Shown: positions 1 to 9,040, counted from the first letter of the stretch. The stretch is DNA of 64,000 nt from Candidatus Buchananbacteria bacterium (GCA_041665005.1 JBAYJR010000002.1:25120-89119), one strand, 5' to 3'. Notes: generated from the letters alone by a model not told the origin. Program-made: numbers and translations.

Positions 1-2415
1 TTGCCCAGCACCTTTAATCGAGAGTTGTTGTTGGTTACGGTGCCTCAGTATTTAATGGATAAAAACGAAAAAGAACAACCCAAAAATTTTAAAGAATTAA
101 TTGGGGTAGTGGAAAATTTTTATGCCAATTTGGGCGGACTAAAAGCGGCCGGTGGGTCAAAAGCTTTTTGGCACGGTCGGCATGATCATTTTTCTTTAGA
201 AATAGTAGTAGATAAAGAGGGTTTGATTAGTTTTTATATTTCTACTCCGCCAGAATTGCGACAATTTTTAGAACAGCAATTGCAAGCGCAATTTTCTAAT
301 GCCCAAATTGAAGAAGTGGCTGATTATAATATTTTTAATCCGAAGGGGGTAGTAGTGGCCGCGACTTTGGGTTTACAGCGTTCGCATATTTTTCCAATTT
401 TGACTTACGATAAAATTCAAAATGATCCTTTAAACGCTTTAACTAATTCTTTAAGTAAATTAGGCGGAGAAGACACGGCCGCGATTCAGATTATTGCGCG
501 GTCGGCGCATAAAAGCTGGCACAAGTTAAGTTACAAGGTTGCTTCGGAAATGCAACAAGGCAAAAAATTATCGGCGGCGGTCAGTGCGGCTCAAAAAAGT
601 GATTTAGCCAAATCTTTAGGCAAACTTTGGCAAGATTTTTTTCCGGCCAAAAAGGATTCCAGCCCTAAAGATTCTTATCGGCTCTCGCCGTTAGAAGAAG
701 AAATGGTTAAATTGATTGAGGAAAAAACTTCGCGGGCGGGTTTTGATGTTAATATTCGTTTATTGGCTTCGGCCCCGACGGCAGAAAAGGCAGAGATGAT
801 TTTACACAACCTGGCTAATGCTTTTTCGCAATTTGCCGGCTATCAATATGGCAACGGTTTTAAGGTAGTTATTCGGGGCACCAACAAAGGGGTAATTCGC
901 GATTTTATTTATCGTAATTTTGATCAACAAAATCAGTTTATATTAAATGCCGCCGAATTAGCCGGTTTATACCATTTTCCCTTACCTTCCACTACTACGC
1001 CCAACATTCGTTGGCTAAAGGCTAGAACCTTGGCTCCACCGCAAAATTTACCAACTGAAGGGATTATTTTAGGTGATAATTATTATCGGGGAGTTAAAAC
1101 AGAAATTCGGATGAAATTATCTGACCGGCGTCGCCATATGTATGTCATCGGCGGTACGGGTACGGGTAAATCTACTTTAATGGAAGAAATGATTAAACAG
1201 GATATTGCGGCCGGAGAGGGAGTTTGTGTAATTGATCCTCACGGCACTTTGATTGATCATATTTTGCCTTGCGTGCCCAAAGAACGGTTTGAAGATATTA
1301 TTTTATTTGATGCTTCAGATACCGAGTGGCCAATTGGCTTAAATATGCTAGAAGGAGATTCGCCGCAAGAAATGGATTACGTTAGTCAAGAAATGATTGC
1401 GATTTTTTATAAATTAGTCACTGATCCCTCCATGATTGGTCCGATTTTTGAACATAACATGCGTAATGTAATGTTTACTTTAATGTCAGATAAGGAAGAT
1501 CCTGGCACGATTGCCGATATTCCGCGGATGTTTACCGATCCGGTTTTTCAAAAATATAAATTAACCAAAGTGACCGACCCGATGGTACGAGCTTTTTGGG
1601 AAAAAGAAATGGCCAAAACTTCAGATTTTCATAAATCAGAAACTTTGGGTTACTTAATTTCCAAAGTCGGCCGGTTTGTGGAAAACACCATGATGCGTAA
1701 TATTATCGGTCAGCAAAAATCCGGTTTTAATTTTAGAGAAGTAATGGATCAAAAAAAGGTCTTGTTGGTTAACTTAGCTAAGGGGGTGACCGGAGAAATT
1801 AATAGTCAGTTGTTGGGTCTGATTATTATGTCAAAATTACAGATGGCAGCTTTGTCGCGGGCCAATGTACCCGAAGAAGAACGTTATGACTTTTTTTGTT
1901 ATATTGATGAGTTTCAAAATTTTATTACAGATTCCATTTCGGTTATTTTGGCCGAAGCTAGAAAGTATCGCTTAGATATGATTATGGCCCACCAATATAT
2001 TGGTCAATTATTTGGCGGAACTAATGTTGAAGGCAAGGCCGGTTCCAACAAAGTTAAAGACGCAATTTTTGGCAATGTTGGTACTTTGATTGCTTATCGT
2101 ATTGGTGTGGACGATTCGGAAATTATTGCCAAGCAAATGGCGCCGGTGGTTAATGAATATGATTTATTAAATTTACCAATGTACACTTCATATATTCGTT
2201 TATTGATTGATAATGCTGGGGCGCCGCCGTTTAATATGACTCATCGTCCGCCCAGTCCCGGCCGGCCCGAAACGGTTGTCGCTCTTAGAGAATTATCGCG
2301 CTTGAAATATGGTCAGCCTCGTGCTATTATAGAACAAGAAATTTTGCGTCGTTCGCAATTAGGCGAAGTGGCCAAAGAAGCGGCCGATATTGGTCGGGCC
2401 GAACCAACTTTATAA
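1..2415 (+). CDS. Type IV secretion/conjugation coupling-protein-like ATPase (VirD4/TraG/TrwB family, AAA-like domain); 5' end truncated by the window edge
   Basis: Walker A YVIGGTGTGKST followed by VIDPHG and a later acidic IDEFQNF box, the order and spacing typical of TraD/VirD4-type hexameric coupling ATPases. The ORF starts at base 1 with no upstream start, so the N-terminus is missing. Confidence 0.55.
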   Translation: MPSTFNRELLLVTVPQYLMDKNEKEQPKNFKELIGVVENFYANLGGLKAAGGSKAFWHGRHDHFSLEIVVDKEGLISFYISTPPELRQFLEQQLQAQFSNAQIEEVADYNIFNPKGVVVAATLGLQRSHIFPILTYDKIQNDPLNALTNSLSKLGGEDTAAIQIIARSAHKSWHKLSYKVASEMQQGKKLSAAVSAAQKSDLAKSLGKLWQDFFPAKKDSSPKDSYRLSPLEEEMVKLIEEKTSRAGFDVNIRLLASAPTAEKAEMILHNLANAFSQFAGYQYGNGFKVVIRGTNKGVIRDFIYRNFDQQNQFILNAAELAGLYHFPLPSTTTPNIRWLKARTLAPPQNLPTEGIILGDNYYRGVKTEIRMKLSDRRRHMYVIGGTGTGKSTLMEEMIKQDIAAGEGVCVIDPHGTLIDHILPCVPKERFEDIILFDASDTEWPIGLNMLEGDSPQEMDYVSQEMIAIFYKLVTDPSMIGPIFEHNMRNVMFTLMSDKEDPGTIADIPRMFTDPVFQKYKLTKVTDPMVRAFWEKEMAKTSDFHKSETLGYLISKVGRFVENTMMRNIIGQQKSGFNFREVMDQKKVLLVNLAKGVTGEINSQLLGLIIMSKLQMAALSRANVPEEERYDFFCYIDEFQNFITDSISVILAEARKYRLDMIMAHQYIGQLFGGTNVEGKAGSNKVKDAIFGNVGTLIAYRIGVDDSEIIAKQMAPVVNEYDLLNLPMYTSYIRLLIDNAGAPPFNMTHRPPSPGRPETVVALRELSRLKYGQPRAIIEQEILRRSQLGEVAKEAADIGRAEPTL

Positions 2416-2629
2416 TTTTATGATAAATACAAACAAGGAAAGTGAGCCAGTAGTTTTAGAGGAATATCCGGTGGTTTTTGGTTCCGATGGTAAGCCAGGC
2501 TTTCCGGAAGGTATTAAAGTTAATCCTCAAGACTATGTTAGTGAGTTAGGCGCGGATGGCAAATGGCATTGGGTTAAAAAAGATGCTAAAATAGAACAAG
2601 AAATGGAAGTTTGGGATGTGGGTAATTAG
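2390..2629 (+). CDS. hypothetical small protein (true start may be the ATG at 2420)
   Basis: Open frame directly downstream of the ATPase gene. No recognisable motif. Confidence 0.35.
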   Translation: MVGPNQLYNFMINTNKESEPVVLEEYPVVFGSDGKPGFPEGIKVNPQDYVSELGADGKWHWVKKDAKIEQEMEVWDVGN

Positions 2630-2668
2630 CATTTGGTCAAAAAATAAAATAACATAAAACAAAACAAA

Positions 2669-3256
2669 ATGAGTACCGACGATGATCAAAAAATGACCTC
2701 GGCTGATTCGGTTGTGGAACAACAAAAGAATCAGGCTTTAAAAAAGGTTTTATCCGATATTCGTGATAATATTGGTCAAGCTTTGTCGTTGTTGGATTCT
2801 GGTCAAGACGTGCCGGTTGAAAAATTAAAGGAATTATTGGGTAGCGGTAATAAATTGTCAGATAAAACTGAACCAGCCGAAGCGGCTAATGTAGTAGAAG
2901 GGGTTTTTGATGGCCAGCAGATGATTGGTTCTGACGGCAAACAGTATACGGTGCCGGCTAATTATGCTTCCAAATCTAAATTAGTAGAAGGAGATATTTT
3001 AAAATTGACCATTGCCAAAAATGGTTCTTTTATTTACAAACAAATTAGCCCGATCGTTCGGGAACGAGTAATTGGTACTATTGTTAAAGACGAAGATACC
3101 AGCAGTTTTTTTGTAGTTAATGACGAACGTAAATGGCGCGTCTTAACCGCTTCGGTAACTTATTTTAATGGGGACACCGGAGATGAAGCAGTAATTTTGG
3201 TGCCCAAAGAAGGCAAGAGCAAATGGGCGGCCATCGAAAATGTGATTAAGCAATAA
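2669..3256 (+). CDS. hypothetical protein
   Basis: 195-aa ORF with composition consistent with coding. No recognisable domain. Confidence 0.5.
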   Translation: MSTDDDQKMTSADSVVEQQKNQALKKVLSDIRDNIGQALSLLDSGQDVPVEKLKELLGSGNKLSDKTEPAEAANVVEGVFDGQQMIGSDGKQYTVPANYASKSKLVEGDILKLTIAKNGSFIYKQISPIVRERVIGTIVKDEDTSSFFVVNDERKWRVLTASVTYFNGDTGDEAVILVPKEGKSKWAAIENVIKQ

Positions 3257-3325
3257 ATGGGCGGAAAGTAGAAAGTTGTAAAGTTTAAAATCGTTATATC
3301 CCATTTTGGTGGGATTTTTAGTGTC

Positions 3326-3354
3326 TTGACAAATTAGATTATTTTTGTTAAGTT
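3326..3354 (+). promoter_or_regulatory. sigma70-type promoter (TTGACA-N17-TAAGTT) upstream of the 3386 ORF
   Basis: ttgaca at 3326..3331, 17-nt spacer, taagtt, then a GGAGGTG RBS 6 nt before the ATG at 3386. Confidence 0.5.
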
Positions 3355-3385
3355 TAAAACAAATCTTAAAAAATGGAGGTGTAGT

Positions 3386-3712
3386 ATGGGTGATCAAATA
3401 AGCAGCCTTAGTTTGTTGAAAAGAATAAAAGAGAAGGTACTATTGCCAAGAGACTTCTTTAGTCTGTTTGGTCATGAATTCATTAGCAATAAGGCTATCT
3501 ATCAAGACGTAGATAGCTACGAACATAATGGCGTAATTCAGAGTTGTGAGTCCGAAAGCTCTAGTTTTAGTATAGAGTTTTTGGACGAAGCCACGCAGGA
3601 GGTTGTAGTATTCTCAGAATACTACGAGGCTGTGACGATGTGTATTTCTGGAACTGACTGGTTAACCGTTAAGAAGGGTAACGGTGCCAGGATGAAAATT
3701 TTATTAGCTTAA
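3386..3712 (+). CDS. hypothetical small protein (108 aa)
   Basis: Strong RBS ggaggtg, consensus-like promoter upstream, and two rho-independent hairpins downstream. Confidence 0.6.
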   Translation: MGDQISSLSLLKRIKEKVLLPRDFFSLFGHEFISNKAIYQDVDSYEHNGVIQSCESESSSFSIEFLDEATQEVVVFSEYYEAVTMCISGTDWLTVKKGNGARMKILLA

Positions 3713-3721
3713 TAATAATTC

Positions 3722-3795
3722 AAGGTAGACTTTTTATAAGTCTACCTTTTTTATAAAATAAAAAGCCCGCGTTATAAATTATACGCGGGTTTATG
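3722..3795. terminator. two tandem rho-independent hairpins (bidirectional terminator region)
   Basis: ggtagac-tttttataa-gtctacc followed by a T-run at 3724..3752, and gcccgcgt-tataaattat-acgcgggt at 3764..3793. These serve the + ORF ending at 3712 and the - small ORF ending at 3801. Confidence 0.6.
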
Positions 3796-3800
3796 TTCTG

Positions 3801-3950
3801 TTACTGGATTGGGCAACAGTAGCACAAGATTAAAATTAACAATCCTATTAAAATGGTTATTGCGCCAACCACCATTAAAAAGCCTTTGAAGCCGGCGATG
3901 AATTTTTCTTTGGTTGTTTTTTCTCTTTCTGGAATCCACGAACTTGACAT
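3801..3950 (-). CDS. small single-pass membrane protein (~50 aa); replaces the listed 3772..4032 minus ORF
   Basis: Minus-strand ATG preceded by GGAGGAA 6 nt upstream. Translation MGMSSSWIPEREKTTKEKFIAGFKGFLMVVGAITILIGLLILILCYCCPIQ has a clear hydrophobic helix, and a terminator hairpin lies immediately downstream. Confidence 0.4.
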   Translation of the reverse strand: MSSSWIPEREKTTKEKFIAGFKGFLMVVGAITILIGLLILILCYCCPIQ

Positions 3951-4272
3951 GCCCATTTTTGATTCCTCCTAAAATTGTAAAATTTTGGTTATTATCCGTC
4001 CTTAACTTAACAAATCTTTGGTAATTTGTCAATAATAACTTGATCGGGTGGAGTTGATCGACTTTAAATAATAATCATTCTAATCAATTTGTCTGATAAG
4101 CGAGCAAAGGTAAAATCGGTAGTTTTTTAGTAGTCAGTTTGGCTGTGGATAAGGTGGTTTTAGCCTCTAAAATATTGGCCTTTTGTGATTCTTTGCGGGT
4201 CGGAGTTAAAAGTGGTAAAATATAGGTGAAAACAAACCTAAAAATCAATTGACCGGCTAAAGGGCTAATTTC

Positions 4273-5847
4273 ATGTCTAATACCTTATATCGTAAATATC
4301 GTCCGCAAACCTGGTCCGAAATGATCGGGCAAAATCACATTAAAGTGACCTTGCAGCACGAATTAGAAACCGATAAGTTGGCGCACGCTTACTTATTTTG
4401 TGGTCCGCGCGGATTGGGTAAAACCACCGCGGCCCGGTTGTTGGCTAAATCTTTAAATTGTACCAATCGCGGCCAAGGTAAAAGTGAACCTTGCAACGAA
4501 TGCAAGGCATGTCAGGAAATTATGGCCGGCCACGCCATTGATTTGATAGAAATTGATGCCGCTTCACAAACCGGAGTGGATAACGTGCGGGAAAATATTA
4601 TTCAAAATTCTCGCTTTACACCTAACGTTGGAAAATATAAAGTTTTTATCATTGACGAAGTGCATATGTTGTCCACTTCGTCTTTTAATGCCCTGTTAAA
4701 AACTTTAGAAGAACCTCCGGCCCATGCGATTTTTATTCTATGCACCACCGAGGTACATAAAATTCCCGAAACGATTATTTCTCGTTGTCAACGTTTTGAT
4801 TTTAAAAGAGTTAGCCAGGGTGATCTGGTTAAGTTGTTAGAAAAGATTTGTGTTCAGGAAAATCGTGAAGTGCAAACCTCGGTGCTACAAGAAATTGTCC
4901 GGCAGTCCGATGGTTGTGTACGCGACGCCGAAACTTTACTCGGTAAAATTTTATCACTAGAAGGAAAAATTACCAAAGAGGTGGCGGAAATAATTTTACC
5001 GCATTCAGATTTTAATTTAGTCATAGAATTGTTGCAAAATTTAACGGCCAACCAAACCGTGCCCGCTTTATTTTTAGTTAATCGTTTAGTGGAAGAAGGT
5101 TTAGATCTGACTAGTTTTGCTCAAGATGTTATTGAAATTTTACGTAAAATTTTACTAATTAAAAATAGTGGAGAGTTAGGAGATTTGGCTGGTGAGTTTG
5201 ATCCCGAAACCGAAAAAGAATTAGTAAAAATTTCAGATATTTTAACTTTAGGACAAATCGTGGAATGGTTGAATATTTTTATTAATTTAAAACAAGAATT
5301 ACGTTATAGTCAAATTGCGCAATTGCCCTTAGAGTTAGCCGTAGTTAAGCTGACTTCTGGGGTAACCGAACCAAACAAAGCAATTACTCCCGTAGCCAGT
5401 AAGCCGGCTGAGATTAAAAAAAAGACTAATCCGGAACCGGCTAAAGCCACCCCGGAGCCAGTTTTGAGTGAAGAGGTTGAAGTCACTAAAGGCGCGAAAG
5501 CCAAACTTTGTTTAGCGACCATCAAGGAAGAGTGGCTTAATTTGTTAAATAATATTTTAGAGCGCAATTATCCTTTGGCCGCCTTGCTAAAAACTTCTGA
5601 GCCGTTAAAATTTAGTGATAATTGTTTAGAAGTGGGGATAAAGTATCAATTTTACGCTGATCGCTTGCATGATCGCAAGCATCAACAAATTTTAAATGAG
5701 GCCACTAAAGCAGTTTTTGGCTCCGCTATCAACTTTAGAGGGATAATTAAGGCCGAAATTACTCCTTATGGTCAAGAGGAGGTGCGACCAGTTGATAATT
5801 TAGCCAGCCAAGTATTAGAAGTAATGGGCGGGGAAGTAGTAGAATAA
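4273..5847 (+). CDS. dnaX: DNA polymerase III subunit gamma/tau
   Basis: N-terminus YRPQTWSEMIGQNH, Walker A GPRGLGKTT, the Zn-binding CNECKAC box and IIDEVHML are all textbook DnaX motifs. Confidence 0.95.
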   Translation: MSNTLYRKYRPQTWSEMIGQNHIKVTLQHELETDKLAHAYLFCGPRGLGKTTAARLLAKSLNCTNRGQGKSEPCNECKACQEIMAGHAIDLIEIDAASQTGVDNVRENIIQNSRFTPNVGKYKVFIIDEVHMLSTSSFNALLKTLEEPPAHAIFILCTTEVHKIPETIISRCQRFDFKRVSQGDLVKLLEKICVQENREVQTSVLQEIVRQSDGCVRDAETLLGKILSLEGKITKEVAEIILPHSDFNLVIELLQNLTANQTVPALFLVNRLVEEGLDLTSFAQDVIEILRKILLIKNSGELGDLAGEFDPETEKELVKISDILTLGQIVEWLNIFINLKQELRYSQIAQLPLELAVVKLTSGVTEPNKAITPVASKPAEIKKKTNPEPAKATPEPVLSEEVEVTKGAKAKLCLATIKEEWLNLLNNILERNYPLAALLKTSEPLKFSDNCLEVGIKYQFYADRLHDRKHQQILNEATKAVFGSAINFRGIIKAEITPYGQEEVRPVDNLASQVLEVMGGEVVE

Positions 5848-5872
5848 AAAAAGACCCAAAGGGGTCTTTTAT
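5846..5872. terminator. bidirectional rho-independent terminator
   Basis: aaaaaaagacccaaaggggtctttt: a perfect hairpin flanked by an A-run and a T-run, sitting between convergent genes. Confidence 0.7.
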
Positions 5873-6162
5873 GGTTTTGCTTTTTCGGTTACGGTCACTT
5901 CGGAGACCATTTTTATTAGTAGGCCTCGCTTAACCGCACCAGTCATGTCTTTACGAAAAGTAGGCAAGAGTTTCTTTCTAAAACTCTCTATCTCTTCTCG
6001 TGTAAACTTTTTAAAGTAATGAGTTGTTTTTCCGCAACTTATTCTTTCTTCTACAGTTTTTAGACAAGCGGTATTTAAAACGCAGGACCAATAAATCGCT
6101 TGACCATTTTGGTCTTGCCCTAATTCTGGCATTGGGACAAAATATGGACAGTTTTCTGCCAT
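5869..6162 (-). CDS. hypothetical Cys-containing small protein (97 aa)
   Basis: Minus-strand ORF with RBS aaggagg 7 nt upstream and a TTGACA-N17-TAAGCT promoter at about 6195..6225 on the minus strand. Four Cys residues. Confidence 0.5.
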   Translation of the reverse strand: MAENCPYFVPMPELGQDQNGQAIYWSCVLNTACLKTVEERISCGKTTHYFKKFTREEIESFRKKLLPTFRKDMTGAVKRGLLIKMVSEVTVTEKAKP

Positions 6163-6326
6163 AATAGCCTCCTTTTTAGATGATGTGTTTATAGCTTAGT
6201 CCTATTAAAAGCGCTTGTCAAGACCAAAAAAAGGTGATAGAATATAGCATTATTTGATTGATCGTTTAATAATTTATCTTTTGCTTAGCTGGCCAGCTTA
6301 TTTGCTTAAATGCTAATTTGCTTATT

Positions 6327-6349
6327 TTTATTGGGAGATCGTCTAATGG
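6327..6349 (+). repeat. 23-bp direct repeat, copy 1 (tttattgggagatcgtctaatgg), identical to 6657..6679
   Basis: Exact 23/23 match. Copy 2 is the 5' flank plus the first 18 nt of tRNA-Gln. Confidence 0.85.
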
Positions 6350-6400
6350 GAGTCGCCTCATCGGCGACCCGCCGAAAAGGCGGGGACAAATTAAATAATT

Positions 6401-6655
6401 ATGTGGTACGTTTACGTTTTACAAAGTTTAAAAAATAAGCGATTATATACAGGATTAACTGGTGATTTAAAAAGAAGATTTGGTGAACATAACGCAAAGC
6501 AGGGTGGAAAGTATACTAGCAAAGTAGCTCCATTTAAGCTAATATATTATGAGGCTTATTTAAATAAGCCTGATGCCAGTGCCGCGGAGAAGTTTTATAA
6601 AAGCGGATACGGCAGAGAAGTGTTTAAAGAGAAGGTAAAAAGTTATCTAAATTAA
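6401..6655 (+). CDS. GIY-YIG nuclease family protein (UPF0213/YhbQ-like)
   Basis: YVYVLQS...LYTGLTGDLKRRFGEHN is the GIY-YIG catalytic core. Confidence 0.85.
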   Translation: MWYVYVLQSLKNKRLYTGLTGDLKRRFGEHNAKQGGKYTSKVAPFKLIYYEAYLNKPDASAAEKFYKSGYGREVFKEKVKSYLN

Positions 6656-6661
6656 ATTTAT

Positions 6662-6735
6662 TGGGAGATCGTCTAATGGTAGGACGCCGCGCTCTGGACG
6701 CGGTAATTCTGGTTCGACTCCAGGTCTCCCAGCCA
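6662..6735 (+). tRNA. tRNA-Gln (anticodon CUG), CCA encoded
   Basis: Manual fold. Acceptor stem UGGGAGA/UCUCCCA with the U1-A72 pair and G73 discriminator characteristic of bacterial tRNA-Gln. D stem GUCU/GGAC. Anticodon stem CCGCG/CGCGG with loop CUCUGGA, giving anticodon CUG. T stem UCUGG/CCAGG with loop UUCGACU. 3' end CCA. Confidence 0.85.
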
Positions 6736-6745
6736 ATAGTCTAGA

Positions 6746-7231
6746 ATGTTTTTTATTAATATGATTAATCAACAACAACTTTGCGAATTTTTAGTTAAAG
6801 CGAAAAAAGTCACTTACGCGGCTGGGGCCGGAGCGCAAACTATAAACGAAAGTGACAAATCAAAAACTTTAAATTTTACGGAAGGCGATTGGCACTATCA
6901 GGATAATTATTTTGGTGGCGAACCGTTCGGTGGTCGGGAAGTAGTATTTTTTAAAAATCAGCCAGTGTATTTAATGGTTTATTATGGTCGGGTCGAAGAG
7001 GTAGTTACAGATTTTGAACCAGTCTATCAGATTTTACGCCAAGCCTTGTCTTTAATACCAGACGCTCAGCCGTTTCGTGGGCCGGCGCAATATCAAACTG
7101 GCGATTATGTTTATATTAATAATTATCAGGGTGAAGTGGATAATTTTTTTGGTGAGGAAAAAATTAGTTATCAGGGAGCGGTAGTTTATCAAGCCCGCTA
7201 CGCCGGCGGCTTAGTTGACCAGAAAAAATAA
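6746..7231 (+). CDS. hypothetical protein; its last ~45 nt plus the downstream spacer are duplicated at 13235..13286
   Basis: 161-aa ORF with no recognised motif. The 3' end is part of the 52-bp repeat. Confidence 0.5.
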   Translation: MFFINMINQQQLCEFLVKAKKVTYAAGAGAQTINESDKSKTLNFTEGDWHYQDNYFGGEPFGGREVVFFKNQPVYLMVYYGRVEEVVTDFEPVYQILRQALSLIPDAQPFRGPAQYQTGDYVYINNYQGEVDNFFGEEKISYQGAVVYQARYAGGLVDQKK

Positions 7232-7237
7232 TTTTTT

Positions 7238-7741
7238 ATGACGAAAGCAGTATTTCAAAAAATAATTAAAGATTCTAAGCAGGAAGTAAAAAGGCTTGCT
7301 AATGAAAATGGCTGGTCATGGTTTTATAATATGCACCAAAAGGAAGTAATAAAATATGCTGAAAAGCTATTAAATAAATATAAAAAAGCAGATAAAGAAA
7401 TAGTTTTAATTTCCTGTTGGTTGCACGATATTGCACACTATTATGCCAAAGATGGCAAGGGAATTTTAAAAGTTAAAAAGTCGCATCATATTAACGGCGC
7501 TAAAATTGCGGAGCAATTGTTAAAAAAATACAATTTAGACAAGGAGGAAATTAGTAAGGTTAAAAATTGCATTTTAAAACATCGGAACTGTCAGCCGTAT
7601 TTAGCAGAAACGTTGGAAGAAAAAATTGTAGTGGCCGCTGATACTTTGTCTCATTTCGGTAGTATCTTTTACTTTACATATTTTAAATTTCATCCCGGTC
7701 ATTCTCTAGAAAGAATGGTAAAAGATGATTTAAAAAAATAG
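7238..7741 (+). CDS. HD-domain phosphohydrolase (paralogue of 13284..13841); possibly frameshifted at an A7 run
   Basis: WLHDIAHY...KHRN HD motif, and alignable with the 13284 ORF over most of its length. The frame continues in +1 after aaaaaaa at 7732..7738 for a further 44 codons, to about 7860. Confidence 0.7.
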   Translation: MTKAVFQKIIKDSKQEVKRLANENGWSWFYNMHQKEVIKYAEKLLNKYKKADKEIVLISCWLHDIAHYYAKDGKGILKVKKSHHINGAKIAEQLLKKYNLDKEEISKVKNCILKHRNCQPYLAETLEEKIVVAADTLSHFGSIFYFTYFKFHPGHSLERMVKDDLKK

Positions 7742-8022
7742 CGAGAGATTGGCGTGACCTGCAAATTTTACCCGAAGCAAAAAAGATGGTTGAGACAGAA
7801 TATCAGACTATAAAAAGGTTGTTAGAGAATTATAATAAAAATGGGGCTAATTTAAACTAACGTCGTTAAGCGATCTCCATTAAGGTAATAGATTAGCAGT
7901 TGACTATTTATAGTTGTTGTCGCTTCAAGAGAGATCTTTGTTTTTGGACATAAATAAACTACTATGTTAATATTCTATCGTTACCTGAATAGTCGTTAAT
8001 TTGGCAAAATAAATATAATATT

Positions 8023-8970
8023 ATGAATACAAAAAAAATTTATGAGCTTATCGTTTTGGCTGGCATACAAGCAGATTTGCGCGGCAGTAAAAGAGTAAAA
8101 CAACACCTAAACAGGCTTAATGAAAAATATAAAAAGTTGTCTACCAAAGAAAAGATGGAGTTTGACAAGGAGAGTCTTAGTAATCCATACACAGATTCCC
8201 GTATTTTAAACACCAATGGCAGGGAAATAAAAAGAATTATGGCTGGAATCGATATTGATGGCTCCGAACTTCTTTTGGCTAAACACATAGGTGGCGTTGA
8301 TTTGGTTGTGGCACATCATCCTCAGGGCTTAGCCTTGGCGGGACTACATGAAGTCATGTTAATGCAAGCAGAAATATTAGCCGACTACGGCATCCCTATT
8401 AATATAGCGCAGTCACTTATAAAATTACGTATTTCTGAGGTTAGTCGTAGTTTGTCGCCGGCCAATCATAGTCGTAGCGTAGATTTTGCTAAAATTCTTG
8501 GGCTCGATTTTATGTGCGTTCATACTCCGGCGGATAATTTAGCCGCTAGTTTTTTAGTAAAGTTGTATGAAAAGAAAAAAAATAGTCTAGAAACTGTTGA
8601 AGATTTAATTGATCTCTTGAAGACGATACCAGAATATAGTAATGCGGTGAAAATAAAGAACGGCCCCAAAATTTTTGTTGGGTTACCTGAAAATTATTTA
8701 GGCAAGGTGGTTTTTACGGAAATCACTGGTGGCACTTCTGGATCAAAAGATATTTATGAAAAAATGTCTCATTATGGAATAGGCACTATAGTTGGCATGC
8801 ACATGAGTGACGAACATCGTCAGGAGGCAGAAAAATACCATATTAACGTAGTTATTGCGGGCCATATGTCTTCCGATTCTTTGGGTATGAATTTGTTTTT
8901 GGATAAAATAGAAAAAAGAGGAGTAGAAATAATCCCTGTTTCTGGTTTTATAAGAGTTAAAAGATTTTAA
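8023..8970 (+). CDS. NIF3-like (DUF34/YqfO family) dinuclear-metal-centre protein, tentative
   Basis: DLVVAHHPQG and a C-terminal VVIAGHMSSD resemble the NIF3 His-rich metal-binding motifs. Low-GC gene. Confidence 0.4.
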   Translation: MNTKKIYELIVLAGIQADLRGSKRVKQHLNRLNEKYKKLSTKEKMEFDKESLSNPYTDSRILNTNGREIKRIMAGIDIDGSELLLAKHIGGVDLVVAHHPQGLALAGLHEVMLMQAEILADYGIPINIAQSLIKLRISEVSRSLSPANHSRSVDFAKILGLDFMCVHTPADNLAASFLVKLYEKKKNSLETVEDLIDLLKTIPEYSNAVKIKNGPKIFVGLPENYLGKVVFTEITGGTSGSKDIYEKMSHYGIGTIVGMHMSDEHRQEAEKYHINVVIAGHMSSDSLGMNLFLDKIEKRGVEIIPVSGFIRVKRF

Positions 8971-9012
8971 AAATTGTGCCTAAAGATTCATTTTTGTTGT
9001 ATTTTAGTAAAT

Positions 9013-9040
9013 TTGACGTTTTTTGTAAGAAGAGTATACT
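9013..9040 (+). promoter_or_regulatory. sigma70-type promoter TTGACG-N16-TATACT upstream of the small-peptide ORF
   Basis: ttgacg at 9013..9018 and tatact at 9035..9040. Confidence 0.5.

Noticed and set aside
3772-4032. 86-aa minus-strand ORF from the six-frame track
   Set aside because: Basic/Asn-rich low-complexity translation with no RBS. A different minus-strand frame (3801..3950) gives a small TM protein with GGAGG at correct spacing and a terminator, so the listed frame is likely spurious.
4033-4272. Possible SRP RNA (ffs) upstream of dnaX, by analogy with ffs-dnaX linkage in many bacteria
   Set aside because: The conserved domain-IV motif (AGGUCNGGAA...AGCAGCC) could not be found on either strand. 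The region probably holds only the dnaX promoter.
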